From Octopus sinensis (Eukaryota): a stretch of DNA of 64,000 bases. Made by a program: the position numbers and the translations under genes. The notes under the pieces were generated by a model. It was not told where the DNA came from. It made no database searches and saw nothing but the letters and a program-made list of their open reading frames with translations. The first letter of the stretch is position 1. Every line of letters starts with the position of its first letter. Positions 46,584-59,003 of this stretch are shown one piece after another. Location: NCBI RefSeq assembly GCF_006345805.1, contig NC_043013.1, forward strand, positions 42,780,001 through 42,844,000, read 5' to 3'.

Positions 46584-47870
46584 TTTATATATTAAAAAAA
46601 AACCTTAAAAGTAGACAATCCAGTCCTGATAAAGGCCAAGAAGTGTTTGAAAGATGTTAGTGCTTTGATATGGAATGTGAAGAGAGGAAGGTCATTAAAT
46701 GGTTGTAGCCTTATGCCTTAAGGAAGAGGAAACTAAGAAAAGAGACACAAATACATGCTTCTAGGAAGAATTCATACCAATACAGTAGCAGAGAGAACTT
46801 CCTTGAATTCAAACCTGGAATGTTGTAAGTTTAAAAGTCAAAACTGTTGGTGAATAATATTATTATATTTGATAATGTTGACCAGAAATAATTACCATTA
46901 GTGATCAATATTACAATATTTGATAATGTCAAGTGGAATTAATTTTGACTATATCCCTGGACTCTATTATAATACCAACCAATTATATTTGATAGCCAAT
47001 CTTTGATGCCAGTTTTTGACAGACAAAAAAGCAAAGCTTAATTTTCACATGTAAAGGTTTTATGGAATGTTCTAGAATTTTTTAGTCAGCTTACAGAAAG
47101 CCCGGCATTCAGCTCTCTATAGAGATTATTCTTGTTGTAGCCAAAAGCTGTGTCCTACATTTACGCAAGATTTTTCACTTCTCATCTTTTGACAATTTCA
47201 TTATTTCTTAATTCACATACATGAAAATACATCAAATTTGTACATTATGTGGTACCTTTAAGCATTTAAAGGGTTTTCTTCCCAGAACAAAGATCGAAAG
47301 GAAGAAGCGCCTTCAATGCCAACACCTCAAACACAACAGCAAAACCCAAAGCAACAAATACAGAAGTAGCAGCATCATCACCACTACCAAGACCAACAAG
47401 CCCTGATACAAAACCCACACCAAAAGAAAACCTCTCAGCAATATCTTCAGCACTCACCACAGTCAAAATACCAACATAAATACACAGGAATGCTCACCTT
47501 ACCTTCCACTGCTATTGATAGAGATCTCTCTGAATCAGGGATTTTCCCTTGTTAATGAAAAATCACACACATCTTCCTGTTCATAGAAAGCTACATGTCC
47601 TATTAACAGCAAGTTAAATATGGGTGACCCTTCCCTCCACCAGAAAACCACACTTAAGTGATAGAATTCATGAAAAGTCAGTCACACTAATGTTTTTCAT
47701 CAATTGTGCTATCATTTTATGAAAAGCCATACTCAAGTCTTCTACTCTGAAGTTTTCTTCTTCATTTCCATCAGATGTGAGTAAAAGTTGACTTACTCCA
47801 AAGAGCTTTTCTCCCAAGTTTGGATATAATTCATTGCTCTTCCAGAAGAGCAATTGGTAGGTGACAACTG

Positions 47871-47967
47871 TTAACTAGTGGAACTTCTGGGTTTAAGTAA
47901 TATGGGAAACTGCTCTCCATTGTGCCACAAAATACCTTGAAGTACTCGGAAGATAATCACTTTGTCA
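47871..47967 (-). CDS. TEDC2: Host gene terminal coding exon (DKVIIFRVLQGILWHNGEQFPILLKPRSSTS*)
   Basis: Strong acceptor TTTTTTTTTCTTTTAG; phase 2 start; TAA at 47873-47871. Confidence 0.75.
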
Positions 47968-48224
47968 CTAAAAGAAAAAAAAACACAGAAAAAATAAATA
48001 AAATAATTTCTGTCTTCAGCACAAAGTCATATAAAGAACAAGATACTTTTGGCAATTAACATATAATAAAAACAGATGGTGATAGTCTGCACCATCAAAA
48101 ACTGATTAGGTTGGATGTTTGCATGTCATGCAGAGAAGAGATCTCTAATGCTTCAGGCCTGCCCTTTTCCTTGAAAGGAAAGTTTTTAAATCACTATCCT
48201 ATCCCAAAACATCAGCTCTCTCTC

Positions 48225-48452
48225 TTATTTCTTTATTGCCCACAAAGGGCTTAACATAGAGGGGACAAACAAGGACAGACAAACGGATTAAGTCGATTAC
48301 ATCAACCCCAGTGTGTAACTGGTAGTTAATTTATTGACCCCAAAGGATGAAAGGCAAAGTCGATGTCGGCGGAATTTGAACTCAGAACGTAACGGCAGAC
48401 GAAATGCCGCTAAGCATTTCACCCGGCGTGCTAACATTTCTGCCAGCTCATA
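48225..48452 (-). mobile_element. SINE family 2, near full length
   Basis: tRNA-like head with GAGTTCAAATTCC B-box on the - strand; matches 53482 and 55890. Confidence 0.8.
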
Positions 48453-48479
48453 CAGTAAATTGATTTAACACATCAGTGT

Positions 48480-48950
48480 ATTATTGCTATTTCTCTTATC
48501 TTTGTCAGGGCTCTACAGAGACGAAAGTTCTATCAGATTATCTCTCCTCCACCCCACACTTTTTCATACACTGCTCCTGCCCCCAACTCTCTCTCTCTTC
48601 CCAAATCCACTCCTGCAACCTACTCAACAGCATGTCATTTCTCCAGTTCACTGTATCATCATTTTCTATTTTGCTGCTCTACACTATCAGATAATCACCA
48701 CTCATTCCTACACACTAATATACCTTGACGGTTTACTCTAACATTTCATTACCAATTATATCACTTTTCAGCCTCCACCACCCAAACACTCACTTATAAA
48801 ACAAGTAGGCATGTAGCTCTTCAGCAAGAAACCTACTCTGCTCCAGCCCTTTTCTCTTGCACTTCACCCTTCTCTATTCCATATTAACCTGGTATGAAAT
48901 TCTTCCATCCTTCTCAAGGTCCATAGTCTTGCAAGCTGCATGGAAACCTC
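48480..48950 (-). mobile_element. Highly decayed RTE-type endonuclease fragment
   Basis: Minus strand reads like LIWN..KGLxGVGFLLKE. Confidence 0.4.
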
Positions 48951-49026
48951 ATGGTTAACATGAAAATATTATAAGAAAACTCAAACATGCAATTGTCTCA
49001 TTCATGCAAATACATAACCATATAAA

Positions 49027-50238
49027 TATTGGGTTATCTGATAAATAACGTGGCTTTTTTATACTTATATTATTTTTACAAAATTAAGATAAAGTTCCTT
49101 TTTTAATCTAAAATATACTCTCGAGGCGTAGGAGTAGCTGTGTGGTAAGTAGCTTGCTTACAAACCACATGGTTCTGGGTTCAGTCCCACTGCGTGGTAC
49201 CTTGGGCAAGTGTTTTCTACTATAGCCTCGGGTTAAAAAAGCCTTGTGAGTGGATTTGGTAGACGGAAACTGAAAGAAGCCTGTCGTATATATGTATATG
49301 TATGTGTGTCTGTCTGTCCCCCTCAACATCGCTTGACAACCGATGCTGGTGTGTTATGTCCCCGTAACTTAGCAGTTCGGCAAAAGAGACCGATAGAATA
49401 AGTACTAGGCTAACAAAGAATAAGTACTGGGGTCGATTTGACTGAAACAAGTAAAAGAGTAAAAGAGAGAGTAAAATTGCATCATGTCTCTTTCATTTTC
49501 TACAATGTTCTTCCATCTATCTGGTAGACTTGCAAGGCCCCATTTCCAAAATTTACTTGTCTGTGATGAAAATATTCCCCCAGTGCTGTTCTGTCCTCGA
49601 TTACAGAATTGATATTTTTTCCATCCAAATAATTTTGAAGACTGCAGATTAAATGATAAGCAGATGGGGCAATGTCCAGTGAATATAACAGGTGGAGGCA
49701 CGTTTCCCATTCAAACTACTCCAGACTTTGGACTATCATCCTCGCTGTATGTGGTCGCACGATTACTTGGAAAGTTTGTGAGGAACCTATTGACCTGATT
49801 TGCTGGCTTTTCCAATGGCACACAGGTGTCAATAAATGGTTGAATGACCAAATCCAAGCTTCTTTGCTAGTTCCTCAACATCCTTGTGAAGTTCTACAGA
49901 TCTTCCAGGATAAGGTTTGTCTTCTAGGATGTCATTTCCAGCTTGGAATTTCTGGAACAACCGTTGACACTGGCTTATGCTTGTTGTCCAATCCCCATTT
50001 ACTGCATTAGTATTCCTCACACTTTCCATGCATTGCCTTTATTGAACTCATAAAACAAAATATGCCAAATATGCTCCTTTGTCACTTCCACTGGAAAAAT
50101 AACTGTTAAAATTGAATTGCACTCTTCAAAGCTTGCCCTAAGAATAAGTACAAGGTAAAATCACTATCTGCTTTTATAGCAAGTTGATGCCGGTAGCTTA
50201 TCCCATTCTCCTTACATTATTTATGAGATGACCCAATA
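49027..50238 (-). mobile_element. Internally deleted mariner with both TIRs, containing a SINE
   Basis: TIRs TATTGGGTTATCTGATAAATAA and TTATTTATGAGATGACCCAATA. Minus-strand EVTKEHIWHILFYEFNKG..QCQRLFQKFQAG..ELAKKLGFGHSTI and LASLPDRWKNIVENE. Confidence 0.8.
49125..49465 (+). mobile_element. SINE family 1 (tRNA-derived)
   Basis: GGCGTAGGAGTAGCTGTGTGGTAAG...GGTTCAGTCCC head; copies at 50790(-), 53020(+) and 54219(+). Confidence 0.85.
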
Positions 50239-50372
50239 CATACATATACACATAAATACACCATGCATTCTTGTGAGGCATGCACAGAAACAAAGATACA
50301 TAACAAAGAGCAAAATAATCTCTCAATGACAAAATGAGGTTAACTAAAATATTAAGAAACCAAACTCATTAC

Positions 50373-50550
50373 CTTTTTGGTATGTCAGATGATGTCAGCA
50401 GAGACATCAAGCTATTAGCAAACAACTCCAAAAGATGACCGGACAATATTTTTAGCTGTAGCTGATGGGTCAGTTGCCAATACTTGTTTAGTTCTGTGAC
50501 ACTTGAATAGCAGAGATTCAGAGACAGTTTCTTCCAATTTTCTTCAGATG
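50373..50550 (-). CDS. TEDC2: Host gene exon (SEENWKK...SSDIPK), phase 1 to 2
   Basis: Acceptor TTATCACAG, donor AG|GTAATG, 178 nt open. Confidence 0.8.
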
Positions 50551-50789
50551 CTGTGATAAACATAACAATAATAAGTTTCAAATTTTGGCGCATGCTTGGC
50601 AATTTTAAGAGAGGGAGAACTCAAAAACATCAACCCCACAAGCTCAACTGACATTTATTTTATCAAACCCAAAAAGACAGCTTTGGTAATATTTGAACAT
50701 AGAATGTAAAAAGTCAGAAGAAATACTGTTAAGCATTTAGTCCACTACACTAATGATTCTGCTAGCTAATTGCCTAAATTTACCCTTTT

Positions 50790-50971
50790 ACTTGTTTCAG
50801 TCATTTGACTGCGGCCATGCTGGAGCACTGCCTTTAGTCAAGCAAATCGACACCAGGACTTATTCTTTGGTCTCCTTTGCCAAACCGCTAAGCTACAGGG
50901 ACGTAAACACACCAGCATCGGTTGTCAAGCGATGGGGGTGGGACAAATACAAACACATACACAAACACACA

Positions 50972-51002
<31 letters not shown>

Positions 51003-51179
51003 GCGCGCAAATATATGACGGGCTTCTTTCAGTTTTTGTCTACCAAATCCACACACAAGGCTTTGGTTGGCCCGAGGTTATAGTAGAAGACACTTGCCCA
51101 AGGTGCCACGCAGTGGGACTGAACCCGGAACTATGTGGTTCATTAGCAAGCAACTTACCACACAGCCACTCCTACGCCT
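50790..51179 (-). mobile_element. SINE family 1
   Basis: Reverse complement of the 54219 copy, with internal (CA)n. Confidence 0.85.
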
Positions 51180-51266
51180 ATATAATAATAATTCTTTTGA
51201 AATTTGACACAAGGAAAGCAACATTAAGGGTTAGTCGATTACATCAACCCCAGTATTTAACTGGCA

Positions 51267-52146
51267 CCGTGAAACAGGTTATTTTGAACATGGGGGGGTA
51301 ACTTAGAACAAAATATATTTTGTTTCCTCTTTATATCACAGCTCAAGGTCGCACAGTAACACAATTTAAAAACAATTTTCCTTCAGCTAAATGGGTTAAT
51401 TCATTTTTAAAGCGAAACAAATCCCAATTATTATCACGCCTGTGCCAAAATATCAAAAGATCCAGAGCATGTTTAAGTGCTACAGAAGTATCCTCGTATG
51501 TCCAGCACTTAAAAGCAACTCTTACAGTTGATGGAAAACTGTTCGACTTTTGAACATAAGTAAAAAAAACATTACTGTTCAAAGTAACCCCAAATCAGCA
51601 GTTACTTTGAACAGCAACAATTCATCATCATCATTGTTTAATGTCCATTTCCCATGCTAGCATGGGTTGGACGGTTCAACTGGGGTCTGGGAACAGCCAC
51701 GAGGCTGGCAACAGCCACAATCGGATGGTACTTTTTACATGCCACCGGCACGCAGGCCAGTCGGGGCGGTGCTCGCAACGGCCACGTTCGGTTGGTTCTC
51801 TTACGTGCCACCGGCACTGGTATCACAGCTACAATTTCCATTGATGTTGATCGATTTCGATTTTGATTTTCACTTGCCTCAACAGGTCTTCACAAGTAGG
51901 GTTTGTGTCACAAGAAGGAAAGGTATGCATAAGTGGGCTGGCTACGTTCCAGGTAGAGGCCACGGGTTATGGTCTCACTTGTCCAAGTAATCAAATATTG
52001 ACTGCAATTTATTTTTATTCCATATATCAGTTTACCTAATTAGTTCCCCTAACATAGTCAAATTTAGTTAAGATTGAAAAAAAAGGTTATGAAATTATTG
52101 CAATAAGAAGTCTAAAACTGTTCAAAGTAATCCCCTCGTTTCACGA
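51267..52146 (+). mobile_element. pogo/Tigger-like deletion derivative inserted at a TA inside a family-2 SINE
   Basis: Termini CCGTGAAAC...GTTTCACGA with subterminal GTTACTTTGAACA repeats. HTH fragment GRTVTQFKNNFPSAKWVNSFLKRNK..RLCQNIKRSRA. SINE halves rejoin across it. Confidence 0.7.
51625..51990 (-). mobile_element. RTE 3'-tail fragment (5'-truncated LINE or RTE-dependent SINE)
   Basis: CATCATCATTGTTTAATGTCC..CCATGCTAGCATGGG is the reverse complement of the tails at 15700, 20160 and 41730. Confidence 0.8.
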
Positions 52147-52420
52147 TACTTATATTATCAACTCCCAAAAAGATGAAAGGTAAAGTCAACCTCAGCAGAA
52201 TTTGAACTCAAAACCTAAAGAGCAGGAAGAAATGCCACTAATAATAATAATAATAATAATAATCTTCTCTGCTTTGAGCACAAGGCCTGAAATTTTGTGA
52301 GGATGGGGTTAGTCGATTACTCAGCTGGTATTTACTTTTATTGACCCTGAAAGGATGAAGGAGGAGGAGAGGGAGGAAGAAAGCAAAAAATAAAAAGCAA
52401 AATAAGTAAAAGTGACTCAC

Positions 52421-52534
52421 ATTGGTAAAGATAAGGTGGAAGCCAAACCTCAAAAGGAATTTCTGATTTGGAAATAAATGATTTGTGTTGCATCTTGGCA
52501 GGTGTATTACCTTGTGCTTGCTGAGAATACTGAG
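52421..52534 (-). CDS. TEDC2: Host gene exon (QYSQQAQG...LPPYLYQ), phase 1 to 1
   Basis: Acceptor CAACAG, donor T|GTGAGT, 114 nt open. Confidence 0.7.
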
Positions 52535-53481
52535 CTGTTGGTTGTAAAATACATTGATGAATGAATGAATGGCTCACGTTTAAGTGAGTGATAGTAAGAT
52601 GGGAATTTCAACAGTAAAGATTATTGATTCAACAAAAAAGTTCATACAAGTAAATCATTGGAAAGTGCATGTTTTTAAATGGCTTATAAACACCTTCTGT
52701 GCGGCAATTGTTTTTGTTTCACAATCTCATATCAAGTCACTTGCTATGCAAGTACATCTCTGTAATACATATATATATATATATAATTAATAGAAAAGAA
52801 TGAAGTCTCCATAGAGACAACTGGACTTTTGGAAGTGGAAAGTACTAAAATGATAAAACAAACCAACCAAGAACATTAGTACATAAACACATGAATAATA
52901 CCCAGAATCATCAATCGATAATAGCGTAAAACTGGTACCCACTCAGATAACATATCCCTACAAAAAAAAACTTCTTTACAAAGAAAAGGTTTTTTTTTAA
53001 TACAGGCCTATACATATATAGGTGCACACATGGCTATGTGGTAAGAAGTTTGCTTCCAAATCACATGCTTTGAGGTTCAGTCCCACTGCGTGGCACCTTG
53101 GGCGAGCATCTTCTACTGCAGTTCTGAACCAACCAAAGCCTTGTGAGTGGATTCACTTGACAGAAACTGAAAAGAAGCCTTAATCCTTTAACATTCAAAT
53201 CGTTTCATTAAAAGTAAGCTTATTCATTCATGTTGTTTTGAATAAATCAAGCTTTGAGATTTTGATGAGCTAACAGTTAATTTTTAGAATGATATTGTAG
53301 GGTTGTTGTGAGGGGCCAGATTTGGCCAGTTTGAATGCTAAAGGGTTAAATGGACTAACACTTACCATCTTAGTGCTGTGAATGGTAGTGAGGAGTCCAG
53401 ATGGAAACAGCTGGCTTACAAGCAAGAAGAACCCACCACCACCACCACTACCACAAATGGTTTAACTTTACAATATATATT

Positions 53482-53685
53482 TCTTTATTGCCCACAAGGG
53501 GTTAAACATAGAGGGGACAAACAAGGACAGACAAAGGGATCAAGTCGATTACATCGACCCCAGTGCGAAACTGGTACTTTATTTATCAATCCCGAAAGGA
53601 TGAAAGGCAAAGTCGACCTTGGCAGAATTTGAACTCAGAACGTAACGACAGACGAAATACCGCTAAGCATTTCGCCCGCCACGCT
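53482..53685 (-). mobile_element. SINE family 2
   Basis: Matches the 48225 copy. Confidence 0.8.
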
Positions 53686-54218
53686 AGAAATGGACATCAA
53701 ACAACCCACACATCATTAGAAACTCATTTTTTCCTGTCATCTACAAAGCTTCAGGACTTAGGTATGATGAAAAGTATATCTGAAGAAATTATAGAGATAC
53801 TCGAGTCAAAATGAGGAGAATGCTGTGAACAACAGGTAAGCTGGAAGGTAGCCTTAGCTAGCCTCCTCAAACACAAAGAACAAGTAAAGATGGAAAAGTA
53901 AAATTCAGGCATATGTAGTAATGGAGAGAACCTGAAAGCAAGAGAGGATCAGATGCAGGAAGTAGTCAGGAATGCAAAGTAGTATGTTCATACAAATGAA
54001 GCCATTATTAAGGAAAAATTGTATGGAATGAGAGCAGCACACTGGCCCACACCGAAGCCAAGAGGAAAATGATATGGGAAAATAACAATAAGAGGTTGTT
54101 GAATAAGTATGTATGTATGTATGTATGGGACAAGAGAAGGACTACCCCAAGCAGATCCAACAGAGGAGCCAACTATTTAAGTTGACAGCTGTGCAGTTCA
54201 AAATATAATTAAACACTA

Positions 54219-54590
54219 CGCAGGAGTGGCTGTGTGGTAAGTAGCTTGTTTACCAACCACATGGTTCCGGGTTCAGTCCCACTGCGTGGCACCTTGGGCA
54301 AGTGTCTGCTACTATAGCCTCGGGCTGACCAAAGCCTTATGAGTGGATTTGGTAGACGGAAACCCGTCCTATATATATATATGCGTGTGTGTGTTTGTCC
54401 CCCCAACATCGCTTGACAACCGATGCTGGTGTGTTTATGTCCCCGTCACTTAGCGGTTCGGCAAAAGAGACCGATAGAATAAGTACTGGGCTTACAAAGA
54501 ATAAGTCCCGGGGTCGAGTTGCTCGATTAAAGGCAGTGCTCCAGCATGGCCACAGTCAAATGACTGAAACAAGTAAAAGAATAAAAGAAT
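54219..54590 (+). mobile_element. SINE family 1, full length
   Basis: tRNA-like head, central domain, and 3' GACTGAAACAAGTAAAAGA. Confidence 0.85.
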
Positions 54591-54659
54591 ATGTAAGTAG
54601 GGAAAGCAGCTGGAAGATCAGAGATAGTCATAAAGATACTGAAAATAACCAGCAATGTA

Positions 54660-55550
54660 GAACACATGCTTGATACTCTGAAAGTCAATCAGTTAGTACA
54701 GAAAGATGTCATAATGACAGGGATAGCAGTATCAGCTGCTACAAGGGTAAAAAAATGCTTTAGAGAAAGGCATCTACTAATTGATGGACAAGTTTATGAA
54801 AAGTACTCAGAGCTGTAGTCCAACTGATTAAGAAGAGAATCAGCTTAGTGAAGCTGCAGTTAAGTTTTATGGAAGTACTATCATTACCCTCTTGCTAATG
54901 AGATAATGATAGAAGTTCTAAGAAATGAGTAAGCTCCTATACCCAGCCCCAGCATTCACTATACTCTGTAGTCTGGTGGTTGCTGAGAAAACTAGAAGAA
55001 TTGCTGGTAGCAAGGTAGCAAAACATAAGCATTAAAGGCAGAGGATGTAAAAGGCTTAAAAGAAATGAAGTGAAGTGAAGACATCATGCTAGATATGTAA
55101 TGTTATTTTCATCATCATTTAACCCATGCTGGCATGGGTTGGATGGCTTGACAGGAACCTGCAAGGCCAGGGGCCACACTAGGTTCCATAGTCTGTTTTA
55201 GCTTAGTTTCTACAGCTGGATGCCCTTCCCAACGTGACCTACTTTACAGAGTGTACTGGGTGCTTTTTACGTGGCATCTTGGTTTTAGGACATCATGTTA
55301 GTATATACAAAACAGTAAGACAAAAACTGGATACAAGAGGAATCAGATGTAGCGTACAAGAGAGCAAAACATCTTGCTATAAACACATGAAGTATATGAA
55401 AAAAGGACAGTTGAATAAAGAAGCATGAAGAGATTCAAGTGAAGGAATCTGCAAAAAAAGGAAGACAGAGGCAAAAGTGGTGAAAACTGATCACAGATTC
55501 TTGCACCTCAGAAAGGAGATAATAAGTGGGAGAGACTGCATTGAAGATTC
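54660..55550 (+). mobile_element. Old, decayed RTE RT fragments interrupted by a minus-strand RTE tail (55110-55280)
   Basis: Residual CYKGK, LIKKRISL..QL and LDTRGIRCSVQE. Confidence 0.5.
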
Positions 55551-55702
55551 AGCAAACTGATGCAGGCATGAAAAGAAAACAATGTATGTGATGAGGTGGT
55601 AGTGGCAATGATGATGACAATGACAACACAACTGTGTTCACCTGTAAATTATGTGAATAGTAAAAGTACAGGGAAAAAAAAAAGGAAATTTCTGATCTTT
55701 AC

Positions 55703-55807
55703 CTTCTCTGAGAAGTTTTTCTGTCTGTTGATTGAGCTCCAGTGTTTTTACAATTACGTGTGTAATGTATACCTTCACACGCAAAATATCTTTAGGACTA
55801 GAGATAT
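55703..55807 (-). CDS. TEDC2: Host gene exon (ISSPKDILRVKV...KLLRE), phase 1 to 1
   Basis: Acceptor TTCTTCTTGCAG, donor AAG|GTAAAG, 105 nt open. Confidence 0.78.
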
Positions 55808-55889
55808 CTGCAAGAAGAACATATAGATTAAAGATGCATCAGCTGGAAGAATGAGTAAATCATAATTTTGTAAAATAATATATTTATTT

Positions 55890-56122
55890 ATTTATTGCCA
55901 ACGGGGGTGGGAGAGATAAACTTAGAGGGGACAAACAAGAACAGACAAAGGGAATAAGTTGATTACATAAACCCCAGTGCGTAACTAGTACTAACTTAAT
56001 CAACCCCGAAAGGATGAAAGGCAAAGCCAACCTCAGCGGAATTTGAACTCAGATTGTAGAGGCATACGAAATACCACTAAGCATTTCACCTAGCATGCTA
56101 ACATTTCTGCCAGCTTGCCGTC
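55890..56122 (-). mobile_element. SINE family 2
   Basis: Matches the 48225 and 53482 copies. Confidence 0.75.
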
Positions 56123-56871
56123 CTACTAAAATAATATATTAGGTTATCCCATAAATAATGCTTATGTAAATATATACATACATACATATATGACCATTCC
56201 TAAATACAACAATATATACCTTTGAAACATGCATTGAGTTGAAACAGGGGCAGCTGAAGAAGGAGAATGTTCCTTGTGTTGTGTGTCTTGTACTCTGTTT
56301 TTTTCGTTGTTAAAAAAAGTCCGTTTCTTTGTTTGGTTTTATGTTTTCGTTTCTTGTGGTGTTCTACGTTTATTTGTGGTATTCTGTACTCATATATGCA
56401 TGTATATATACATATAGATGTAGGTATGTACATATATGTATGTATGTATGCATGTTTTATTTATTTATTATATTGTTATTATATATATATATATAATGTA
56501 TGTGTGTATGTGTGTGCAGTCATCATTATTTAATGTCTGCCTTCCATGCTGGCATGAGTGGGACGGTATGTATGTAGGTATATATACTTATGATGGTTGA
56601 GGGTTTCCTGAGTGGAGGTGGCTGTTGAGTCCCAAGTGTCTTCTACTATAGCCTTGGGCTGACCAAATCCTTGTTATTTTATAAATATAAATCTGTTCTC
56701 AAATATATATATATAGGTGTATGTGCATGTATGTATATATACACACACACATAAAAGAGAACAAGAGAGAGAGAGACACAAAGGTGGAAGGGAATGTATT
56801 CTAAACATTAGATATGCTGCTATGCACTGAGCTGTCTGTTGATAATTGAAGAAATGGCAAACAGAACATAC

Positions 56872-56977
56872 CGGAAACACAAACATAGTCCAGAGTCTGC
56901 AGTAGTTTATTGAGGTCATCATACTGTTTTGAAAGTAACTGAACTTGAAGCTTGCCACACGGGAAAGAGGACTCAAT
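56872..56977 (-). CDS. TEDC2: Host gene exon (IESSFPCGKLQ...LDYVCVS), phase 0 to 1
   Basis: Acceptor TTTCTTTCATTGCAG, donor CG|GTATGT, 106 nt open. Confidence 0.78.
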
Positions 56978-57112
56978 CTGCAATGAAAGAAATCAGGAAC
57001 AATACTGTACAACTTCAGTGATAATCAACTGACAGATAAACAATTGAAAAAATAGTGTACCTAGGTATAAAACAGGTATAAAAGATGTTTCTTCAACAAA
57101 ATCCTTCCTACT

Positions 57113-58100
57113 TCATCATCCTTTAACGTCCGTTTTCCATGCTGGCATGGGTTGGACAGTTTGACAAGAGCTGGCAAGCCTGAGAGCTGCACCAGGTTCT
57201 AGCCTGATTTAGCTTGGTTTCTACAGCTGGATGCCCTTCCTAATGCCAACCACTTTACAGTAGGTGCCAAGTGCTTTTAACGTGGCACCAACATGAAGAC
57301 GTGCCACTAACACAGACTTCTGGATAAAAAAAAATCAATGGAAAACAATCCTTTCTACTATAAGCACAAGGCCTGATATTTGGGAGAAGGGTGCTAGCCA
57401 ATTACATTGACCCCTTATTTCATCAACCCCAAAAGGATGAAAGGCAAAGTTGACCTAAGTGGAATTTGAACTCGGAACATATAGAGAGATGTGTTGGAGG
57501 GTTAAAAATTAAACATCACAGTATTAAAAGCAATGTTCCAACATTTCTCACATGGACACAAGCAGGTCTGTGTGGTTCAGAAGCCCACTTAGCTACAGTG
57601 TGGTTTCTAGTTCATTTCCACTGCAGAGCACCTTGGGTAAATGTTTTTGTGAGTGAATTTGGTTGATGGAAACTGTGTGAAGGCCCACCATCATTTAACG
57701 TCTGCTTTCCATGCTAGCATAGGCTGGACAGTTCGACCAGAGTCTGAGAGGCCAGGAGGCTGCACCAGGCTCCAGTATGATCTGGCAATGTTTCTACAGC
57801 TGGATGCCCTTCCTAATGCCAACCACTCCATGAGTGTAGTGGGTGCTTTTTACGTGCCGCCGGAGGATGGCAACGACCACAATCGGTTGGTGCTCTTTAC
57901 GTGCCACCGGAGGATGGCAACGACCACAATCGGTTGGTGCTTTTTACGTGCCACCAGCACAGGTATCACAACTACAATTTCCATTTGATTTTTATTTTAA
58001 TGTTGATGTACTAGACTCAATAGGTCTCCTCAAGCACAGCAGGTTGCCCTATGATCCAAGGTAAGCACAGCAGGCTGTCCTACGATCCAATGTACTTTGG
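57113..58100 (-). mobile_element. Cluster of RTE 3' tails (57113-57300, 57688-58100) and SINE remnants
   Basis: CATCATC..TTTAACGTC..CCATGCT starts; about 47-bp TTTTACGTGCC tandem repeats at 57850-57960. Confidence 0.75.
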
Positions 58101-58146
58101 ATGGGCTGGGGCTGCAATGTGAAGCTTGTGCAGGAAACAGCCATGA

Positions 58147-58165
58147 ACTCACGTTATTTGTCGGG

Positions 58166-58205
<40 letters not shown>
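58147..58205. repeat. (TA)n microsatellite
   Basis: Direct read. Confidence 0.95.
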
Positions 58206-58210
<5 letters not shown>

Positions 58211-58597
58211 CATACATATATCAACAGGAAATTTTTTTTATACTATTTATTCACCATTACAAGTGTTTCATTTGGTAATAGGAGTTACAAAGTTTTATAT
58301 GTTAGATAGACATGTAAAGTAGGTGTGTGTGTGTACCTGTCACACACATCCCCATCGCTTGATAACTGGTGTTGGTTTGTTTACATCCCCATAATTCAGT
58401 GGTTCAGCAAAACAGACTGATTGAAGAAGCACAAGACTAAACAAAAAGCATTAAGTACTAGGGGGAATATGTTCAACTAATAAAACCCTTCAAGGTGATG
58501 CTCCAGCATACCCACAAAGTCCAATGAATGAAACAAGGTCTAAGATAACCACCTACCTCACTCCTCTTCTGTTCCATAAAGTTTCTGTCCAAATAAA

Positions 58598-58834
58598 ATC
58601 ATCATCATCATCATCGTTTAAAGTCTGCTTTCCATGCTAGCATGGGTTGGACGATTTGACAGAGGACTGGAGGCCAAATGGCTGCACTAGGCTCCAATCT
58701 TGATCTGGCAGAGTTTCTACAGCTTGATGATCAAGATTGGAGCCTGGTACAGCCACCTGGCTCGCCAGTCCTCCGTCAAATCGTCTAACCCATGCTAGCA
58801 TGGAAAGCGGACGTTAAACGATGATGATGATGAT
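58598..58834. repeat. Inverted pair of RTE 3' ends forming a foldback
   Basis: Arms 58598-58705 and 58729-58834 are reverse complements with roughly ten mismatches; 23-nt spacer. Confidence 0.85.
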
Positions 58835-58887
58835 GTTTCATAGAAAAAAAGGGACAAAAAATATAATAAATAAAAATAAACAATTAC

Positions 58888-59003
58888 CTCCGTTTCCAGT
58901 AAAGTGCAGAAGGAATCAGCAGGAGAGGAATTCTGTGACAGCTTCCGAATTTTCTGCCTTAAAGAATATTTTTCTTTCCAAAGTGATTTGATATTTGTCG
59001 GCA
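58888..59003 (-). CDS. TEDC2: Host gene exon (PTNIKSLWKEK...TLLETE), phase 1 to 0
   Basis: Acceptor TTTTACAG, donor GAG|GTAATT, 116 nt open. Confidence 0.75.

Noticed and set aside
56137-56160. Lone mariner TIR-like sequence
   Set aside because: No partner TIR or transposase found nearby.
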